Origin: Klebsiella phage vB_Kp3
Sequence record: KT367887.1
DNA length: 48,493 nt
Reading direction: 5' to 3' (one strand)
Part shown: piece after piece, positions 15,608 through 23,684 of the stretch
How positions within the stretch are numbered: the first letter of the stretch is position 1
Layout of the letters: every line of letters starts with the position of its first letter
The notes under the pieces: generated by a model
The model's database searches: none
What the model saw: only the letters and a program-made list of their open reading frames with translations
Told to the model about the DNA's origin: nothing
Program-made: the position numbers and the translations under genes

Positions 15608-17177
15608 TATGACGATCACGACACTGCCGCAGGCGGGGACGGTATCCACCGAACACCCGCTTTACAAGCGGTTTAACCAGGAATACCGCACTATCGAGGA
15701 CTGCGTTGCAGGACAGACGGTCATCAAACGTGCCGGTGTTCTGTACCTGCCGAAGCCCGAAGCGTGGACAATGAAGCGTTACAACGCGTACAAGCGCCGC
15801 GCCCACTTCCTCAACGCCACCTATCGCACGCAGATGGGCATGGTCGGCATCGCGTTCGCCAAACCGGCCACCTACACCTTGCCGACGGCCATCGGCTACC
15901 TGTCGACCGACATCGACGGCGAGGGGCTGGACATGGATCAGCTCGTTCGAATGTGCGTAGCGCAGAACATCACCTTCGGGCGCGGTGGGCTGCTGGTTGA
16001 CTATGACGCCCCGGAGGACGTCGGGCAGGTGACGACGCTGGTCAATAGTGGCCGCGCGACTATCCGCATGTTCGACCACCGGCAGATCATCAACTGGCGC
16101 AAGAGCGGCGGCAAATATTCGCTCATCGTGCTGCGCTACCTGGACGACGTCGACTACGACGGCTTTGAGCACTATCAGGTGGTTCGCTACCTTGAACTGC
16201 GGCTGGTGGATGGCAAGGCATATTCCCGCCTGTGGACGGACGAACTACAGGGTGCCGCCGGGCTGCCTTCCTCGGTCATTCAGCAGAACGGGAACATGAA
16301 TCAGGAGCAGCCGGAACTGCGCCCGATCATGGCTCGCGGAAAGCAGCTCGACTATCTGCCTTTCTGCTGGTTCGGCAGCGAGAAGAACGACAGCGACATT
16401 GACCCGGCTCCGCTGTCCGACATCGCGAACACCAATATCGCCCACTACAACGCCGACGCCGACAACACCGACAGCTCGTTTATCTGCGGCCAGCCGACCT
16501 TCGTTATCGCCGGTGTACCGCAGAACTTTCAGAAGGACAATCCGAGCATTAAGGTCGGCGGTGACGAAGCGATCATTCTGCAATCCATGGGCACCGGCAC
16601 GCCTACCGCCAGTATGGTCGTTGCACCACCGAACACCCCGGCCGCCGCGCTGCTGGAGAAGCGTGAGAAGCAGCTTGCCATGCTGGGCGCGAAGCTGGTT
16701 GAGCGCAACGGGGCAACGAAGACCGCCACCCAGGCTGGCGCGGATGAGAAAACCGACAACTCGATCCTGTCCCAGTGCGTCGGCAACGTTGAGGCGGCGT
16801 TTAATCAGGCGATGGAGATGGTTAAAGACTTCACCGGCACCGAAGGCGCGAACGTCCACATCAACAAGCGATACGAAGATATCGTGCTGAACCCGACCGA
16901 ACTGACAGCCTACATGGCGGCGGTGCAGTCAGGGATGATGCGTATGATCGACTTCCTCGCGTGGCAGCAGCGCATCGGCCTGATCCCGAACGATGCAGAT
17001 CTGGAAGACGTTGAACAGGAGCTGAAAGACGGTGCCGAAGAAACGCAGCTGATCTTCAACGCTGCTGCTCGCCAGACCCAGCAGGGGCTGGACAATCCGC
17101 CGGAAGATAAAGACCCGGAGGAAGACAAGCCGATCTCTAAGAAGAAGGCCAGCGCGCCGAAGAAGGGGGCTAAATGA
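15567..17177 (+). CDS. Portal protein
   Basis: 536 aa, immediately after terL; alternative start ATG 15609 right after terL stop. Confidence 0.65.
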   Translation: MARSQQIILNGYDDMTITTLPQAGTVSTEHPLYKRFNQEYRTIEDCVAGQTVIKRAGVLYLPKPEAWTMKRYNAYKRRAHFLNATYRTQMGMVGIAFAKPATYTLPTAIGYLSTDIDGEGLDMDQLVRMCVAQNITFGRGGLLVDYDAPEDVGQVTTLVNSGRATIRMFDHRQIINWRKSGGKYSLIVLRYLDDVDYDGFEHYQVVRYLELRLVDGKAYSRLWTDELQGAAGLPSSVIQQNGNMNQEQPELRPIMARGKQLDYLPFCWFGSEKNDSDIDPAPLSDIANTNIAHYNADADNTDSSFICGQPTFVIAGVPQNFQKDNPSIKVGGDEAIILQSMGTGTPTASMVVAPPNTPAAALLEKREKQLAMLGAKLVERNGATKTATQAGADEKTDNSILSQCVGNVEAAFNQAMEMVKDFTGTEGANVHINKRYEDIVLNPTELTAYMAAVQSGMMRMIDFLAWQQRIGLIPNDADLEDVEQELKDGAEETQLIFNAAARQTQQGLDNPPEDKDPEEDKPISKKKASAPKKGAK

Positions 17178-18292
17178 CATCCGTTAACTCGCGGATGGCG
17201 TCGGAGGCGGTAAGGCACCGCCTCTACCTCTACCGCTACAGCGAAGGCCAGGCGAAGAAGATGACCCAGCTACTGCGCCGAATGGCCGTGGACGTGGTCG
17301 GCCGCCTGCTGTACGCGCTGGACGACTCAAAGATCTCCGCCGACAACTACACGGTGAAGCGTCTTGAGGCCATCAAAGCAGCCATTAACCCGACGATCAA
17401 CCGCATCTACAAAACCACCTACGGCCAGCTCAAAGCCGACCTTGAGGCGCTGAGTAACGGCGAGCTGGCGTACCAGTACCGCACGTGGCGAACGCTCATC
17501 CCTAACCCGGTGCTGGACTTCGTTGGCGGACTGGTGGAGATCCCGGAAACGCAGGTATGGGCAGCGGCGAACAGTCGCCCGTTCCAGGGCATGCTTCTTC
17601 GTGACATCCCGTCAGTGCTGGGCGATGCCATGACCGACTCGATCGGTCGGGCGGTGCAGCAGGGCATTCTACAGGGCGAGACGTATGACCAGATCATTCG
17701 CCGGGTCAAAGGCAGTGCGGCAGCGGCCTACAAAGACGGGGTGATCGGCACCAACGAGCGCCACCTTGCCACCGTCACCCGCAGCGCAGTGTCGCACGTC
17801 GCAGCTGAGGCGCGGGACAAGATCGGCGAGGCTAACGCCCCGCTCATCAAGTCCGAACAGTGGCTATCGACACTGGACAATAAGACGTCGAAGCTGTGCA
17901 TCATCCGCGATCAGCTGCTGTACATGCGGGACAAGAAGCACACGCCGATCGGCCATAGCGTGCCCTACGGCGCTGGCCCCGGGCGGCTGCACATGAACTG
18001 CCGAAGTACATCGACCTTCGTGTTCAAGAGCTGGGAGGAATTGGGCGTTCCGGGAGTCAAGATCAAGGGCGCGTCGCGCGCCAGCATGAACGGACAGGTG
18101 CCGATTTACATGGACTATTCGAGCTGGGTGGAGCGCCAGCCTATGAGCACGTTAACGCAGGTGTTCGGCGTGGAGCGGGCGCAGCTCATCCGCGACGGCA
18201 AGATCTCGCCGCCTGACCTGTTCAACGACAAGGGGGAGTATTTAACACTCTCCCAGCTTCGCGACCTTGACCGTATCCCGGCAGAAGACTAA
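17174..18292 (+). CDS. Head morphogenesis / minor head protein (Mu gpF-like)
   Basis: Position after portal, 372 aa, ATGA overlap with portal. Confidence 0.55.
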   Translation: MTSVNSRMASEAVRHRLYLYRYSEGQAKKMTQLLRRMAVDVVGRLLYALDDSKISADNYTVKRLEAIKAAINPTINRIYKTTYGQLKADLEALSNGELAYQYRTWRTLIPNPVLDFVGGLVEIPETQVWAAANSRPFQGMLLRDIPSVLGDAMTDSIGRAVQQGILQGETYDQIIRRVKGSAAAAYKDGVIGTNERHLATVTRSAVSHVAAEARDKIGEANAPLIKSEQWLSTLDNKTSKLCIIRDQLLYMRDKKHTPIGHSVPYGAGPGRLHMNCRSTSTFVFKSWEELGVPGVKIKGASRASMNGQVPIYMDYSSWVERQPMSTLTQVFGVERAQLIRDGKISPPDLFNDKGEYLTLSQLRDLDRIPAED

Positions 18293-18324
18293 CATCGTGC
18301 CGTTGACAACACAGGAGCTATCAC

Positions 18325-19026
18325 ATGTGGAAATACCTGATTAACAAAGAAGCATTCGACGCCCTCACCCCTGAACAGCAGGCTGCATACAAGGCAGTCG
18401 GTGATTCTGGCAACTATGTGATGAACATCGAAGGCATGCCTGACGTGCAGGCCATGCAGCAGCAGATGGCCGATCTTCAAACCCGCCTGGGCACCATCGA
18501 CGCAGAGAAGGCCGCCGAAGCAGAGAAGGCCCGACAGGCAGCGCTTGACCTGGCGAAGAAGAACGGCGACTTTAAGACCATCGAAGAGGACTATAAGCGC
18601 CAGATCGCCGACCTGAACAGCAAGATCGAGGGCTTCGGCAAGCAGCGCCGCGACGACTTCCTGAACGCGCAGATCGACAAGCTGGCCGCAGAGCTGGGTG
18701 GCAAGGAGTATGCCGCGCTGTTCAAACCGGCGTTGCAGCAGCGCCTGTCTGTCGAGGGTGGTGAAGATGGCTCCGACTTCATCCCTCGCGTGCTGAAAGA
18801 CGGCAAGCCGTCGGCGATGTCACTGAACGACCTGATCGGCGAGTTCCGAGCAGACCCAACTTACAAGCCGGTGTGCGTAGCGCCTGCATCCTCTGGCACC
18901 GGCCGCCATCAGGCACCGACCCCGACGCCTTCTGCTTCCGACAAGCTGCCGAGTTTTGAAGATGTACGCGGTAAGCAGCTGAGCCGCGCAGAACAGATCG
19001 CGGCAAGTATCAGCGACGCAGAGTAA
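18325..19026 (+). CDS. Scaffolding protein
   Basis: 233-aa highly helical, charged/coiled-coil ORF directly upstream of capsid gene. Confidence 0.55.
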   Translation: MWKYLINKEAFDALTPEQQAAYKAVGDSGNYVMNIEGMPDVQAMQQQMADLQTRLGTIDAEKAAEAEKARQAALDLAKKNGDFKTIEEDYKRQIADLNSKIEGFGKQRRDDFLNAQIDKLAAELGGKEYAALFKPALQQRLSVEGGEDGSDFIPRVLKDGKPSAMSLNDLIGEFRADPTYKPVCVAPASSGTGRHQAPTPTPSASDKLPSFEDVRGKQLSRAEQIAASISDAE

Positions 19027-19121
19027 GTAAGTACAGGCCCGGCAATGCCGGGCTTTTTCTTGCTTGTCCAGTAGTTGCCGGTTATCATCCAGACGTTTAA
19101 TAACTCAAAGGACATCGCGCG

Positions 19122-20231
19122 ATGAGCTTTACTATCTTCCAACGAAAACTGATCGGGACTACCGTTCAGCTTCTGACTGAAAACCTGAACGTGTTCAACG
19201 CGGCTTCCGGTGGCACCATGCTTATCGGCAGCGGCGAGGTCATCAAGGAAACCATGGAGAAAATGACCATTGGGATCATTGATGGCCTGGTGCAGGATCG
19301 CAACGAACACGCCCCCGTTAACACTGTGGTTCAGCCGAAGGTGCTTTCCCGCATCCTGGGCGGTTCCATCAACTCCGCTGGCCGCCTTGGGCCGGTAGCC
19401 ATCACCTCCGGCCAGCTGCGCCTGATCGAGACTGACGTGAACCGCGCGGCAGCCGAGATCGCCACCCTTGCGTCGGAAGCCATGCTGAAACGCTACGTGA
19501 CCGTAGCAATGGGTGCTGGCGTGGCTGCGATCGAAGCGTTCGGTCAGGGTATCTATACCCAAGACGCTTACATGACCAGCAAGGCCGGTGAGCTGTACCC
19601 GACCGTCGAAGACTTCCCGCTGGCGGCGTCCATCTTCGGCGACCAGGCTGACCTGATTCGCACCTGGTTCATGTCCGGCACCCAGTGGGCGAAGTTCTCC
19701 GCCCGTGAAGCGGTCAAGTCCGCCAAGCTGGTGTTTGAACTGGGCAACATGAAGATCTTCACTGACGGCTTCGGTCGTTCGTTCGTGGTATCCGACGCGG
19801 CAAGCGCTGGTATTTCCGCGGCGACCTCCGGCGGCTCAGCGATCTACGCACCTGATCATGCGATCGTCGGTCTGGCCGCCAACGCCATCCAGGTAACGAC
19901 CACCGGCCTCAAAATGGCTGCTGACCCGGCCAAGCTGGGCGGCGAGAACATTGAAAGCTGGTGGCAAGGTGAGTTTAACTACAGCATTGCTCTCAAAGGC
20001 ATGCGTCCTACCATGGCGTTCCGCACCGCCACCGAAGGCAAGAAAACTCCGACCATGGCCGACCTGGTCAAGAAAGAGAACTGGGAAGCCGAGAAGGGCG
20101 AAACCGACCGCAAGCCGGTTGGCAACGACGCCGATCCGGTGGTGCCGACTCGCAACGTGCGCGAGACGCTGGGGATCATTATGAAGCTGACCCCAACTAC
20201 CATCCCGGCAGCAGAACCAGCTGGTGTGTAA
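19122..20231 (+). CDS. Major capsid protein
   Basis: 369 aa following scaffold, followed by strong terminator; position-based call. Confidence 0.6.
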   Translation: MSFTIFQRKLIGTTVQLLTENLNVFNAASGGTMLIGSGEVIKETMEKMTIGIIDGLVQDRNEHAPVNTVVQPKVLSRILGGSINSAGRLGPVAITSGQLRLIETDVNRAAAEIATLASEAMLKRYVTVAMGAGVAAIEAFGQGIYTQDAYMTSKAGELYPTVEDFPLAASIFGDQADLIRTWFMSGTQWAKFSAREAVKSAKLVFELGNMKIFTDGFGRSFVVSDAASAGISAATSGGSAIYAPDHAIVGLAANAIQVTTTGLKMAADPAKLGGENIESWWQGEFNYSIALKGMRPTMAFRTATEGKKTPTMADLVKKENWEAEKGETDRKPVGNDADPVVPTRNVRETLGIIMKLTPTTIPAAEPAGV

Positions 20232-20250
20232 GCGAAGAAGTGAATAACAT

Positions 20251-20273
20251 GGGGGCCGATTGGCCCCCTTTTC
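20251..20273 (+). terminator. Rho-independent terminator (GGGGGCC-GATT-GGCCCCC + TTTT)
   Basis: After capsid gene. Confidence 0.75.
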
Positions 20274-20286
20274 ATTGGAGCAAAAT

Positions 20287-20739
20287 ATGATCGGCAATCT
20301 GGACGACCTGAAAGCATTCGCGGCGGCCAACGGCTACACGGGAATGACTGACGAAGAGCTGAGCACCGCGCTCCGCCAGGCTAACCTGTGGCTGTGGTCA
20401 CTGGCATGGAAGGGCGAGCAGGCTGAACCCGGACAGGCGGACATTTGGCCGCGCACTATCTGCGACGACTACAACTGTCTCGACTACGACACCCCGCCGG
20501 AAGTCCTCCGCTTTACTTACACTATCGTGTGCGACGCCGTCGACTCTGGAACGGAGTTCAACACCGCATCGGCTGGCGCGCATAAGAAACGCACCCGGAT
20601 CGAGGGCGCGATCGATGTCGAGTACAGCGAGCAGAGCCTATACAGCGCAGGCTTCGAGGCACCCTACATGATGGGCATGATCGGGCACTGGCTGGAAGGC
20701 AACGGGCGCGGCTGTAACGTCAAAATGGAGCGCGGATAA
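20287..20739 (+). CDS. Putative head-tail connector/adaptor protein
   Basis: 150 aa; N-terminus MIGNLDDLKAFAAANGYTGMTDEELSTALRQANLWL resembles gp6-like connectors; synteny. Confidence 0.4.
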   Translation: MIGNLDDLKAFAAANGYTGMTDEELSTALRQANLWLWSLAWKGEQAEPGQADIWPRTICDDYNCLDYDTPPEVLRFTYTIVCDAVDSGTEFNTASAGAHKKRTRIEGAIDVEYSEQSLYSAGFEAPYMMGMIGHWLEGNGRGCNVKMERG

Positions 20740-21122
20740 TGAACAAGCTCTATCGCGAACTGCGGGCAGAGGCCCGCAAGCTGTTCAAAGAGTACGGCGC
20801 AGTCATCACCATCAGCACCCCGGGCGGCATCAGCCGCGATCCAGTCACCGGCGAGGAAGTGGTGACGCCGCCGGGCGCGGTATGCAAGGTGCTGGGGGTG
20901 ATCACCGGCGTCGACCTCAAGTTTTGGGGGCTGGCGACCATCCCGCCGGGCGAGCAGCAGATCGTCATGGCATGGACGGACACCACCGGGAAGGAGTGGG
21001 AGCCGAAGATGAATATGACCGTCTCAGGTGGCGGCCGCGCTTACTCCATCACCGAGATTAAGCCGGTTATCCCCGACGGTGGCTACGGCATCGTGTACAA
21101 GCTGAGGATCAAGGGGCTGTAA
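20739..21122 (+). CDS. Putative head closure / head-tail joining protein
   Basis: 127 aa, ATGA overlap, synteny. Confidence 0.35.
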   Translation: MNKLYRELRAEARKLFKEYGAVITISTPGGISRDPVTGEEVVTPPGAVCKVLGVITGVDLKFWGLATIPPGEQQIVMAWTDTTGKEWEPKMNMTVSGGGRAYSITEIKPVIPDGGYGIVYKLRIKGL

Positions 21123-21805
21123 TGGCAAGCAAGCGGAACGGGACAATCTTTGCCAACAATGTCGCTCAGTGGGCTGGCGGGGTCGTCGAGCGTCACGAAG
21201 AGATCGTGCAGCTGGCGGCGATGAAGGTCTTCGCGATGATCATCCAGCGCTCGCCCGTCGGCAACCCTGACCTGTGGAACCGCAACCAGCAGGCCGTCAA
21301 GGAGCGCAACCGCATGAGCGACCTGCGAACGGCCATGCGCGAAAGCGACACCTTCGGCTACACGACCAAGCGCGGCACCCGCCGCCTCAAGCCGGGCGCG
21401 AACATCGTTGCAGCACCGGCGAAATTCTCTTCCCCTGTCGGGCCAGTCGGCCCGCGAATCCCCCGACTTCTCAAGAATGAGCAGGGCGTTAACCCTGTCG
21501 GCAAGGGCTACGTCGGCGGCCGGTTCCGGGCTAACTGGCAGGTGGGGATCGACTTTGTCCCTATTGAGTGGCTGGATGAACGGGACAAGTCAGGCACCCC
21601 GACCATCAACAAAATGGTGAACGCCGTCGAGCGCTTCCGCGTCGGGATGGCTGAGCATATTTATTTCGTTAACAATTCGCCGTATGGCTACCCGCTGGAA
21701 TATGAGGGGCACTCACGACAGGCTCCCGCCGGGATGGTCAGGATCTCATGCATCCAATTTGAGGAAGCATTCGCGGCAGCAACAGCAGAGGCACAAAAAT
21801 TATGA
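21122..21805 (+). CDS. HK97 gp10-family tail component protein (extended)
   Basis: IIQRSPVGNPDLW motif typical of HK97 gp10 family. Confidence 0.45.
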   Translation: MASKRNGTIFANNVAQWAGGVVERHEEIVQLAAMKVFAMIIQRSPVGNPDLWNRNQQAVKERNRMSDLRTAMRESDTFGYTTKRGTRRLKPGANIVAAPAKFSSPVGPVGPRIPRLLKNEQGVNPVGKGYVGGRFRANWQVGIDFVPIEWLDERDKSGTPTINKMVNAVERFRVGMAEHIYFVNNSPYGYPLEYEGHSRQAPAGMVRISCIQFEEAFAAATAEAQKL

Positions 21806-22254
21806 TCAGCACTTCACAGATTCAGGCGAAATTCGACCTAATCGCAATGCAGTGGGGCAACAACAACAATATCGCCCTCGTGTGGCGTAACAGCGCCGAT
21901 AACGACATGAACGAGCAGGCGGTGAGTCAGCTGGTCGGCTTCCCGCAGCACATCCCGGCCCCGTCTATCTCCATGGGCTTCCAGCAGTCAGACATCGCGA
22001 AGCGCGGGATCTATCAGGTGATGCTGCGTGCTCCGCGCCTGTCCGGCACCCGGCAGATCTACGATGCAGCCGATGCGCTGGTGGAGGCGTTCAATGAAGC
22101 GATGTTCTATGACGGTAATTATGTTAGCATCGGCGACGATGATCAGCAGCTATACCTTACGGCACCGGCTGAAATCGGCGCTGACTATGAAGACGACGCC
22201 GGGCTGCATGTGGCTGTCACGATGAACTACCGTATCAATAACGTAAGAGGCTAA
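21802..22254 (+). CDS. Tail terminator/completion protein (gpU-like)
   Basis: 150 aa immediately upstream of major tail protein; synteny. Confidence 0.4.
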   Translation: MISTSQIQAKFDLIAMQWGNNNNIALVWRNSADNDMNEQAVSQLVGFPQHIPAPSISMGFQQSDIAKRGIYQVMLRAPRLSGTRQIYDAADALVEAFNEAMFYDGNYVSIGDDDQQLYLTAPAEIGADYEDDAGLHVAVTMNYRINNVRG

Positions 22255-22255
22255 C

Positions 22256-22927
22256 ATGGCTACGAAACTCTCATACAACATCCCGAACGGCTCAACGCTG
22301 CAAATCGCTCAGACGATGGGTGCAAGCCTTGCCGTGTCGGGTATCTCCAACGCGAAAGAGGCAGTAGCCACCCTGTCGGCTGCTGATTCCAGTATCGCCG
22401 CTGGCGACTACGTTCAGCTGTTTACCAGCTGGGTCAATATGAATGGCCTGGTGTGTCGCGTGAAGTCCATCACCACCGACAAGGTGACACTGGAGAAGGT
22501 CGACACCTCCGACACCGAGATCTACCCGGAAGGCGGCGGCGCTGGCACTCTGGTCAAGATTCAGGCGTGGATCGACCTGCCGTTGACCCCGACTATCTCC
22601 AACTCCGGTAACGAGCAGCAGACCACCACGTTCCAGGCTATCCAGCACGAGCGCGCGGTGAACATCAACACTTACAAGTCGGCGGCAACGCAGACCTTCA
22701 CCATGGCGCACGACGCCAGCGCGCCAGTGCGTGAAGTGTTGAAGAAGCTGGATCGCTCGCAGGACGTGACGGCGTTCAAGTTCTACAACAAGCGCGCGAA
22801 AGAAACGCGCGTTTATGGCTGCCAGGTCTCCTTCAACGAGATCCCGGCATCCGAAGTGAACAACGTCGAAACGAACAGCCTTGTTCTGAGCCTGGTCAGT
22901 GAGATGGTGATCTATCCTGCCGCGTAA
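22256..22927 (+). CDS. Major tail (tube) protein
   Basis: 223 aa, followed by terminator then chaperone pair and tape measure. Confidence 0.6.
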   Translation: MATKLSYNIPNGSTLQIAQTMGASLAVSGISNAKEAVATLSAADSSIAAGDYVQLFTSWVNMNGLVCRVKSITTDKVTLEKVDTSDTEIYPEGGGAGTLVKIQAWIDLPLTPTISNSGNEQQTTTFQAIQHERAVNINTYKSAATQTFTMAHDASAPVREVLKKLDRSQDVTAFKFYNKRAKETRVYGCQVSFNEIPASEVNNVETNSLVLSLVSEMVIYPAA

Positions 22928-22943
22928 AGCGTGCTATCATCAT

Positions 22944-22964
22944 GGCGGCTTAGGCCGCCTTTTT
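22944..22964 (+). terminator. Rho-independent terminator (GGCGGC-TTAG-GCCGCC + TTTTT) preceded by GCTATCATCATGG
   Basis: After major tail gene. Confidence 0.65.
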
Positions 22965-22983
22965 CATATCTGGAGACAAGACA

Positions 22984-23373
22984 ATGGCTGCAAAATTCAA
23001 GTTAGTACCTGCTGGCACGTTCGAACTTCCGATCCTGATCACCACCGTAGGGCAGGATGAGCCTACAGAGCTGAAATTCACGTTCAAGCGCATGCCTCTG
23101 ACCGAGCTGAAAGAGAAGCAGGAAGCGATGGCGAAGCGCGTGCAGGAGATGGATGAGGAATACAAGGGCAAAAAGCTGTCCGTCGTCGAAGATAGCGTGC
23201 TGCAATATCCGTTGATGGCCGATTTTGTGCTGGATATCGCAACCGGCTGGGAGCTGTCCGACAAGTTCACGAAAGAGAACCTGATCACCCTGTTCGATAA
23301 CTACCCGACGGCGTTTATGTCGATCAGCGTTGGCTACCAGTCCGAGCTGTGGAAGCTGCGCCAAAAGCACTAA
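22984..23373 (+). CDS. Tail assembly chaperone (G-like)
   Basis: 129 aa acidic protein between major tail and tape measure genes. Confidence 0.6.
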   Translation: MAAKFKLVPAGTFELPILITTVGQDEPTELKFTFKRMPLTELKEKQEAMAKRVQEMDEEYKGKKLSVVEDSVLQYPLMADFVLDIATGWELSDKFTKENLITLFDNYPTAFMSISVGYQSELWKLRQKH

Positions 23374-23684
23374 CCGCCGCGATTGAGGGTCTGTATTTCC
23401 CCGATCCGCCGCAGCAGCTGGTCGATAATTTCGGGGGGGAGCTGGAAGACTACCGTCCAGAAGTGGAGCTATCAGCAGAGATTGTTGATAGCTTTTATTT
23501 TTACCAGCGTATTGATACCCAATGGCGCACGGGGCCGGGCGGTTTAATCGGCCTCGACTACAACGTGATCCCCGTCATGGCTGACCTGTATGGCGTCAAG
23601 TTCGATCGCCTGCTCATGGATGACCTGGCAATCATGGAGGGGGCCGCGATCAGAGTTCTCATGAGCAGGAGTGATACAGCATGA
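23301..23684 (+). CDS. Tail assembly chaperone -1 frame extension (T-like; expected G-T fusion by frameshift)
   Basis: -1 frame open from 23301, overlaps end of G ORF; candidate slip site CCAAAAG 23361-23367. Confidence 0.45.
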   Translation, partial: LPDGVYVDQRWLPVRAVEAAPKALTAAIEGLYFPDPPQQLVDNFGGELEDYRPEVELSAEIVDSFYFYQRIDTQWRTGPGGLIGLDYNVIPVMADLYGVKFDRLLMDDLAIMEGAAIRVLMSRSDTA

